The position numbers and the translations under genes were made by a program. From positions 288,001 through 352,000 of the forward strand of contig CAXXKM010000003.1 in the NCBI GenBank assembly GCA_963664435.2: 64,000 nt of DNA, given 5' to 3'. Every line of letters begins with the position of its first letter. The first letter of the stretch is position 1. Origin of the DNA: Longimicrobiales bacterium. Its GTDB lineage: Bacteria > Gemmatimonadota > Gemmatimonadetes > Longimicrobiales > Gaopeijiaceae. Shown here piece by piece: positions 58,318 through 64,000 of this stretch. The notes beneath the pieces were generated by a model. That model did not search any database. It was not told where the DNA came from and saw only the letters and a program-made list of their open reading frames with translations.

Positions 58318-58400
58318 CGGGCGATGGTACCAAGCGGGCCGTACCCGGTCAACGCGGGCGATGGTACCAAGCGGGCCGTACGCGGTCGACGCGGCGAAGG
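58318..58400. repeat. About 2.2 tandem copies of a 37-bp unit in the trpD/truA divergent gap
   Basis: cgggcgatggtaccaagcgggccgtacccggtcaacg (58318-54), cgggcgatggtaccaagcgggccgtacgcggtcgacg (58355-91), then a partial copy. Confidence 0.92.
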
Positions 58401-58493
58401 AATTTGCGCCGCCCCTCCCCTCGTACGGGACGGGCGAGGCCGGGCGGGGAATCCCCGGGATGGCACCGGAGCCTGCAAGATGGAGCCCGGATG

Positions 58494-58522
58494 TTGAGTT
58501 GCGCCTCCGGAAATCCTAGTTT
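58494..58522 (+). promoter_or_regulatory. Candidate sigma70-like promoter for the truA-tal-pur operon
   Basis: TTGAGT-N17-TAGTTT ending 9 nt before the truA ATG, so the transcript would be nearly leaderless. Confidence 0.4.
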
Positions 58523-58531
58523 CCCGGCGTC

Positions 58532-59491
58532 ATGGTCCGGGGACAACGCCGCTTCCGACTCACGCTGCACTACGACGGGACCCGTTTCTTCGGCTGGCAG
58601 AAGCAGCCGGAAGTGCGCACGGTGCAGGGTGAGCTGCAGACCACCCTCGAGCGGCTTACCGGCGAGCACCGCGCGGTGACGGCGGCGGGCAGAACCGACC
58701 GGGGGGTGCACGCCACCGGCCAGGTGGTCGCCCTCGTCCTGCCGCGGCGCTGGTCCGCCGCCACCCTTCGGCGGGCGCTCAACGCCAGGCTGCCCGGGGA
58801 CATCTGGGTGGCGGACGCCCGGCCCGCTCCGCCCGCCTTCCACCCGCGCTACGACGCCACGGCGCGCGAGTACGGATACCGGCTGGGGTTCACCGCGGCG
58901 GCCCGCTCGCCCTTTCACCGGGCGTGGTGCTGGCCTCTCGCGCGCCTCGCCGGTGACACCGCCTCGACCACGGCGGACCTGGATGTCGAGGCCCTGCACG
59001 CGGCGGCCGCGCTCCTGCCGGGCGAGAAGTCCTTCGCCGCCTTCGCCCGCGCCGGCCAGGAACACCGGGGAGACCGCTGTACCGTCACGGAGGCGCGCTG
59101 GGCCGCCTGGGAGCTCGGCATGGAGTTCACCATCGTCGCCGACCGGTTCTTGCACCACATGGTCCGCTACCTGGTGGGCACCATGGTCGACATCGCCCGC
59201 GGCCGCCGGCCGCTCGACGACATGCGCGCGATGCTCGAGGGCAACCGGGGCGGCCTGGTCACGTCGCCGCCCGCTCCCGCTACGGGCCTCTTCCTGCGTC
59301 GAGTGAGCTATCCGGCGCAGGCGGTCGCGCACACTTCGGCGGTCTCCGACGCCGCCGCGACCGAAACAGACGACACCGCGACGCCGGCCGACGCCCCTCC
59401 GCGATCCCCGCGAAGCGTCCCGTTCGCCGACCTCGCCCTGTTAGATTCCGACACCGACCGCCCACCCGCAGGGAGCGCCAACCACCCATGA
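58532..59491 (+). CDS. truA: tRNA pseudouridine(38-40) synthase
   Basis: YDGT.F.GWQ.Q, AGRTDRGVHATGQV, FHPRY.A..R.Y.Y, FLHHMVR.LVG, APATGLFL..V.Y. Confidence 0.96.
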   Translation: MVRGQRRFRLTLHYDGTRFFGWQKQPEVRTVQGELQTTLERLTGEHRAVTAAGRTDRGVHATGQVVALVLPRRWSAATLRRALNARLPGDIWVADARPAPPAFHPRYDATAREYGYRLGFTAAARSPFHRAWCWPLARLAGDTASTTADLDVEALHAAAALLPGEKSFAAFARAGQEHRGDRCTVTEARWAAWELGMEFTIVADRFLHHMVRYLVGTMVDIARGRRPLDDMRAMLEGNRGGLVTSPPAPATGLFLRRVSYPAQAVAHTSAVSDAAATETDDTATPADAPPRSPRSVPFADLALLDSDTDRPPAGSANHP

Positions 59492-60144
59492 AGATCTTCC
59501 TCGACACCGCCGACCTGGGTGAGATCCGCCGCGCCGCCGCCGCCGGCCTCATCGATGGCGTAACCACCAACCCCTCCCTGCTGGCCAAGGTGGCCGGCGA
59601 CCGCGACCCGATGGAGATCTTCCTCGAGATCTGCGAAGCCATCGACGGCCCGGTTAGCGCCGAGGTCGTCGGAGTGGACAAGGCGATCATGATCGACGAG
59701 GGCACCCGGCTGGCCGCCATCCACCCCAACATCGCGGTCAAGGTGCCCCTCACCGAGGACGGCCTGGTGGCGTGCCGCGAGCTCAGCTCGCGCGATATCC
59801 CGGTCAACGTCACCCTGTGTTTTTCGGCTCCGCAGGCGCTGCTCGCCGCCAAGGCGGGGGCCGCGTACATCTCGCCCTTCATCGGACGGCTGGACGACAT
59901 CTCCCACGACGGCATGGAGCTGATCCGCCAGATCCGCGTCATCTACGACAACTACGGCATGCAGACGGAGATCCTGGCGGCCTCCCTCAGGCATCCGCGC
60001 CACGTCGTGGAGTCGCTGGAGATGGGCGCGGACGTGGCCACCCTGCCGCCGGGCGTGCTGTACAAGCTGATCCGCCACCCGCTGACCGACCTCGGGCTGG
60101 CCGCTTTTCTGGCCGACTGGGAGAAACTGGGACGTGACCTCTAG
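59488..60144 (+). CDS. tal: Transaldolase (MipB/FSA-like family, TAL-type residues)
   Basis: MKIFLDTA, GVTTNPSL, VKVP, NVTLCFS, ILAAS.R. SAEV (Glu) and SPFIGR (Phe) are transaldolase-type rather than the FSA Gln/Tyr. Confidence 0.9.
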   Translation: MKIFLDTADLGEIRRAAAAGLIDGVTTNPSLLAKVAGDRDPMEIFLEICEAIDGPVSAEVVGVDKAIMIDEGTRLAAIHPNIAVKVPLTEDGLVACRELSSRDIPVNVTLCFSAPQALLAAKAGAAYISPFIGRLDDISHDGMELIRQIRVIYDNYGMQTEILAASLRHPRHVVESLEMGADVATLPPGVLYKLIRHPLTDLGLAAFLADWEKLGRDL

Positions 60145-61633
60145 CAGTCCGGGCCGCGCGGCCGCGGCCGGGGCATCCAGCACGGGGAAGTCCGCCTCCG
60201 GCGGCTACGTGCATCCCCTTTCCGGACGCTACGCCTCGCGCGAGATGCAGCGCATCTTCTCGCAGGCGCGCAAGTTCACCACCTGGCGGCGGCTCTGGAT
60301 CGCGCTCGCCGAATCACAGCGCGAGCTGGGGCTGGACATCCCCGGGGAAGCGCTGCGCCAGATGCGGGCCGGGGCCGACGACCTGGACCTGGACCGGGCC
60401 GACGAGCTGGAGCGCCGGTTCCGCCACGACGTGATGGCGCACGTCCACCTCTTCGGGGAGGTGGCGCCCGCCGCGCGGGGCATCATCCACCTGGGCGCCA
60501 CCAGCGCCTTTGTGGGCGACAACGCCGACCTGATCCTGCACCGCGAAGCCCTCACCCTGATCCGCGACCGGCTGGTGCGCTGCGTCGAGGCGCTGGCGGG
60601 CTTCGCGCGCCGCTACCGGTCGCTCCCGACGCTGGCCTACACCCACTTCCAGCCCGCCCAGCCCACCACGGTGGGCAAGCGGGCGACGCTCTGGATCCAG
60701 GACCTCCTCCTCGACATCGAGGAGATCGAGTTTCGCCTCGGCTCGCTCCGGTTCAGGGGCGTGCGCGGCACGACCGGCAGCCAGGCGTCCTTCCTCGACC
60801 TCTTCGACGGCGACTCCGCCAGGGTGGACGCCCTCGACGACGCCGTGGCCCGGCGCATGCACTTCGAGCAGCGCTACCCGGTGAGCGGTCAGACCTACCC
60901 GCGCAAGGTGGACGCCGCGCTCCTGGCGACGCTCGCGGGCACCGCCGCGTCCACGTCCAAGATGGGCCACGATCTGCGCCTGCTGTCGCACCTGGGAGAG
61001 GTCGAGGAGCCTTTCGAGGACACCCAGATCGGCTCTTCGGCCATGCCCTACAAGCGCAACCCGATGCGCGCGGAGCGGGTTTGCGCCCTTTCCCGCCACG
61101 TCATCACCTTGTATCAGGATGGCGCGTTCACGGCCGCCACCCAGTGGCTGGAACGGAGCCTCGACGACTCCGCAAACCGGCGCGTCAGCATTCCGGACTC
61201 CTTCCTGACCCTCGACGGCATCCTGGTTCTGGTCGAAAACGTCTCATCCGGGCTGGTGGTCAACGAAGCGGTGATCCGCCGCGCGCTCGACGAGCAGCTC
61301 CCCTTCATGGCCACCGAGACCATCCTCATGCGCGCGACCCGGGACGGCGGCGACCGCCAGGCGCTCCACGAGCGCATCCGCCGTCACGCCCACGCGGCCA
61401 CCCGGAAGGCTCGCGAGGAAGGCGGGGACCCCGACCTGATTGCCCGCATCGCCGGCGACGACGCGTTCGGCCTGGGTGCGTCCGAGCTGGCCGACCTTCT
61501 CCGGGGCGAGCGCTTCATCGGACGCGCCCCCGAGCAGGTGGAGCGCTTTCTGGACGATTTCGCGCAGCCGGTCATCGACCGTCTCGGCTCCGATGCCCGC
61601 GCCCGTCTGGACGCCCCCGATATTCGTGTCTGA
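60134..61633 (+). CDS. purB: Adenylosuccinate lyase
   Basis: PLSGRYAS.EM, RHDVMAH, IHLGATS, THFQPAQPTTVGKR, signature GSSAMPYKRNPM. Confidence 0.96.
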   Translation: MTSSSPGRAAAAGASSTGKSASGGYVHPLSGRYASREMQRIFSQARKFTTWRRLWIALAESQRELGLDIPGEALRQMRAGADDLDLDRADELERRFRHDVMAHVHLFGEVAPAARGIIHLGATSAFVGDNADLILHREALTLIRDRLVRCVEALAGFARRYRSLPTLAYTHFQPAQPTTVGKRATLWIQDLLLDIEEIEFRLGSLRFRGVRGTTGSQASFLDLFDGDSARVDALDDAVARRMHFEQRYPVSGQTYPRKVDAALLATLAGTAASTSKMGHDLRLLSHLGEVEEPFEDTQIGSSAMPYKRNPMRAERVCALSRHVITLYQDGAFTAATQWLERSLDDSANRRVSIPDSFLTLDGILVLVENVSSGLVVNEAVIRRALDEQLPFMATETILMRATRDGGDRQALHERIRRHAHAATRKAREEGGDPDLIARIAGDDAFGLGASELADLLRGERFIGRAPEQVERFLDDFAQPVIDRLGSDARARLDAPDIRV

Positions 61634-61646
61634 CCCCACCTCAGCC

Positions 61647-62618
61647 ATGGAGCTCGACGACAACGTGACGACCATCGTGGATTCCACCCTCCCCCTCCCC
61701 CTCCTCCACCGCGGCAAGGTGCGGGACGTCTACGAGGCGGGGCCCGACACCCTGTTCATGGTGGCGAGCGACCGCGTGAGCGCCTTCGACGTGGTCCTGC
61801 CCCAGCCCGTGCCCCGCAAGGGCGAAGTGCTCACCCAGCTGACCGCGTGGTGGCTGGCGCGCTTCTCCGCCCGCTCGCCGGTGCCGGGCGCCGAGGGAGG
61901 CATCGACCACCACCTGCTCGCCGTGCGGCGGGAAGAGATCATCGACCGAGTCCCCGAGCTGGCCGACAGCGTCGACGACTGGGCGCGCCGGGCGATGCTG
62001 GTGCGCCGCACCCGGCCGATCCTGGTCGAGTGCATCGTGCGCGGCTACATCACCGGTTCGGCGTGGCGGGAGTACCGCCGGAGCGGCACCCTCGCCGGCG
62101 AGCCCCTCGCCCCCGGCATGATCGAGAGCGACCGCATGGACCCGCCCATCTTCTCTCCCTCGACCAAGGCGCACGAGGGCCATGACGAGAACATCACCTA
62201 CGACCAGGTGGTGGAGCTGCTGGGTGCGCCCATGGCGGAGACCCTGCGCGACCTCTCGCTCGGCATCTACAGCGCCGGATCGGAGACCGCGCGCCAGCGG
62301 GGCATCATCCTCGCGGACACCAAGTTCGAGTTCGGGATGGACGGCGATGGCCGGCTCCTGCTCATCGACGAGGTGCTGACCCCCGACTCCTCGCGCTTCT
62401 GGCCGGCCGAACACTACGCGACCGGCAGGGGCCAGCCCTCGCTGGACAAGCAGCCCGTGCGCGACTACCTGGCTCACGAAACGACCTGGGACAAGATGCC
62501 GCCCCCACCCGACCTTCCCGACCGCATCGTGGAGGAGTCGACCGCCCGCTACCTGGACATCTTCCAGCGGCTGGTGGGCGTGCCGCTGGCCGAGTACAGG
62601 GGCCCCGGCTTCGCATGA
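61647..62618 (+). CDS. purC: SAICAR synthetase
   Basis: RGKVRDVY, SDRVSAFD, VECIVRGY..GS, GHDENI, ADTKFEFG, DEVLTPDSSRFW, DKQPVRD. Confidence 0.97.
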   Translation: MELDDNVTTIVDSTLPLPLLHRGKVRDVYEAGPDTLFMVASDRVSAFDVVLPQPVPRKGEVLTQLTAWWLARFSARSPVPGAEGGIDHHLLAVRREEIIDRVPELADSVDDWARRAMLVRRTRPILVECIVRGYITGSAWREYRRSGTLAGEPLAPGMIESDRMDPPIFSPSTKAHEGHDENITYDQVVELLGAPMAETLRDLSLGIYSAGSETARQRGIILADTKFEFGMDGDGRLLLIDEVLTPDSSRFWPAEHYATGRGQPSLDKQPVRDYLAHETTWDKMPPPPDLPDRIVEESTARYLDIFQRLVGVPLAEYRGPGFA

Positions 62619-62628
62619 AGCAGATCTC

Positions 62629-63543
62629 ATGATCCGCAGGCGCTTCCAAAGGGGCATCATCATCATCCCCTCCGCGTTTACCCTGGGCAACGTCTTCTTC
62701 GGCGTGTTCGCCATGGTGATGGCGTCCCGCGGCGCGTACGAGTGGGCCGCCTGGTTCATCGTGTTCGCGGGCATCCTCGACACCTTCGACGGCGGCATGG
62801 CGCGCTTTACGCGCACGGGCTCGCGCTTCGGCGCCGAGCTCGACTCGCTGGCCGACGCGGTCAGCTTCGGCGTGGCCCCGGCGATGGTCATGTACCAGCT
62901 TTACTGGGCCGACGGCTCCTGGAGCTGGCTGCTCTCCTACCTTTTCGTGACCGCGGTGGTGGTCCGCCTGGCACGCTTCAACGTGGAACAGGGCGGAGAG
63001 GCGAAACGCTCGTTCCACGGGCTGCCGTCGCCGGCCGCGGGGATGATGCTGGCGACTTCCTACCCCTTCACCCAGACCGCTTTCTTCGAGGCGTATCTGA
63101 GCACCCTTCCGTGGGCCCAGATCATGGGCATCCTGATGGTGCTGCTCTCCGCGCTGATGCTGAGCCACGTCCCCTACGCGCGCATGCCCCGCGTGGGGCT
63201 GCGCACGCCCAGAACCCGCATCAACAGCGCCATCGCCGTGGCCGCCATCGTCGCCGCGATCGCCGCCCCCCGCTACTACTTCTTTCCGGTCCTGTTCGGG
63301 TACGCCGTCTGGGGTCTTCTGAAGTCAGTGGCGATCGGCTTCCTGGACCGGCTTCCCGAGCGCGACCCTCTCCTCGAAGTGGACGAGGACGAGGATGAGG
63401 ATGAGCCCGAAGACGAGGAAGATGTCCGGCCGCTCGACTACGGCGGCCTCGGACCCCGCTACCGCGCCCGCAGGCGCAATCGGCTCGTCCGACGCCGGCG
63501 GACCGACCCCCAGGACGACAACGGCACGGAGGACACAACTTGA
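62629..63543 (+). CDS. pssA: CDP-diacylglycerol--serine O-phosphatidyltransferase
   Basis: PSAFTLGN..FG, D..DG..AR.....S.FG.ELDSLADAVSFGVAP, RLARFN, F.GLPSP. Charged C-terminal tail. Confidence 0.92.
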   Translation: MIRRRFQRGIIIIPSAFTLGNVFFGVFAMVMASRGAYEWAAWFIVFAGILDTFDGGMARFTRTGSRFGAELDSLADAVSFGVAPAMVMYQLYWADGSWSWLLSYLFVTAVVVRLARFNVEQGGEAKRSFHGLPSPAAGMMLATSYPFTQTAFFEAYLSTLPWAQIMGILMVLLSALMLSHVPYARMPRVGLRTPRTRINSAIAVAAIVAAIAAPRYYFFPVLFGYAVWGLLKSVAIGFLDRLPERDPLLEVDEDEDEDEPEDEEDVRPLDYGGLGPRYRARRRNRLVRRRRTDPQDDNGTEDTT

Positions 63544-63818
63544 GCCTGTACGCCATCGAGATCCGCGTGACCCCCCGCCGCGGGCTGCTGGACCCGCAGG
63601 GGAAGGCCATTCAGCACGCCCTGGACTCCCTGGGCTTCGCCGGCGTCGCGGAGGTCCGCGCCGGCAAGCTGCTCGTGATCGAGCTTGAAGCGGACTCGCC
63701 GGACGAGGCCGCCGCCCGGGCCACCCGCATGTGCGAGAAGCTGCTCGCGAACCCCGTGACCGAGGACTTCGCCATCGAAGTCGCGCGCGATGCGGCGCAG
63801 CCGGAGGCGGCGACGTGA
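63540..63818 (+). CDS. purS: FGAM synthase subunit PurS
   Basis: [32 protein letters not shown]. Confidence 0.96.
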   Translation: MSLYAIEIRVTPRRGLLDPQGKAIQHALDSLGFAGVAEVRAGKLLVIELEADSPDEAAARATRMCEKLLANPVTEDFAIEVARDAAQPEAAT

Positions 63819-64000
63819 GAGCGGTGGTGGTGACCTTCCCCGGGTCCAACTGCGACTACGACTGCCTGCAGGTGCTGCGCAAGGTCATGGGGGTCGACAC
63901 GCGCTTCATCTGGCACCGCGAGCGCGACCTGGGCGACCCCGACCTGGTGGTGCTTCCGGGCGGCTTCTCCTACGGCGACTACCTGCGCGCCGGCGCCATC
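63815..64000 (+). CDS. purQ: FGAM synthase subunit PurQ (partial, runs off window)
   Basis: GTG at 63815, [29 protein letters not shown]. Confidence 0.95.
   Translation, partial: MRAVVVTFPGSNCDYDCLQVLRKVMGVDTRFIWHRERDLGDPDLVVLPGGFSYGDYLRAGAI

Noticed and set aside
58318..58400. 37-bp repeats as a mini CRISPR array
   Set aside because: The units are contiguous with no spacers and no cas genes are present.
59488..60144. Fructose-6-phosphate aldolase (fsa) call
   Set aside because: Active-site Glu (SAEV) and Phe (SPF) indicate transaldolase chemistry.
1..64000. Prophage, IS/transposase, integron, defence or secondary-metabolite cluster, tRNA or rRNA
   Set aside because: No supporting ORF motifs, terminal repeats or cloverleaf structures were recognised. 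The coding space is accounted for by housekeeping genes.

Overview
A very GC-rich bacterial chromosomal window made almost entirely of housekeeping genes. Gene content and order (dnaX-ybaB-recR-mglA-pgsA-cinA, aspS-phoH-7TM/HD-ybeY-mgtE, a 6-bladed beta-propeller lipoprotein) suggest Gemmatimonadota, which is my inference. It holds two orphan sensor kinases, comM, pntAA/AB/B, a group II PLP decarboxylase, a TolC/MacA/MacB-type exporter, iscS-mnmA, grpE-dnaJ, dapBAD, SRP RNA, hutHU, rlmN, lepB, rqcH, a trp cluster split by lexA, truA, tal, purB/C/S/Q and pssA. I found no CRISPR array, prophage, IS element, tRNA or rRNA, and no large novel multi-gene system. The best leads are small-scale: (1) a candidate direct-repeat LexA operator pair (xTTCGG, 11-bp period) overlapping a sigma70-like lexA promoter; (2) an MglA GTPase without adjacent mglB whose catalytic Arg finger is replaced by Ser; (3) an SRP RNA with a GUGCA pentaloop in place of the GNRA tetraloop; (4) a structured aspS leader presenting the Asp anticodon GUC in a hairpin loop; (5) tandem NrdR-box-like sites in a convergent gap; (6) a TrpC-TrpF fusion with a long Pro/Ala repeat linker, one of many short tandem duplications; (7) a 1-nt frameshift in pgsA. 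All calls come from motif recognition by eye. No searches were run.
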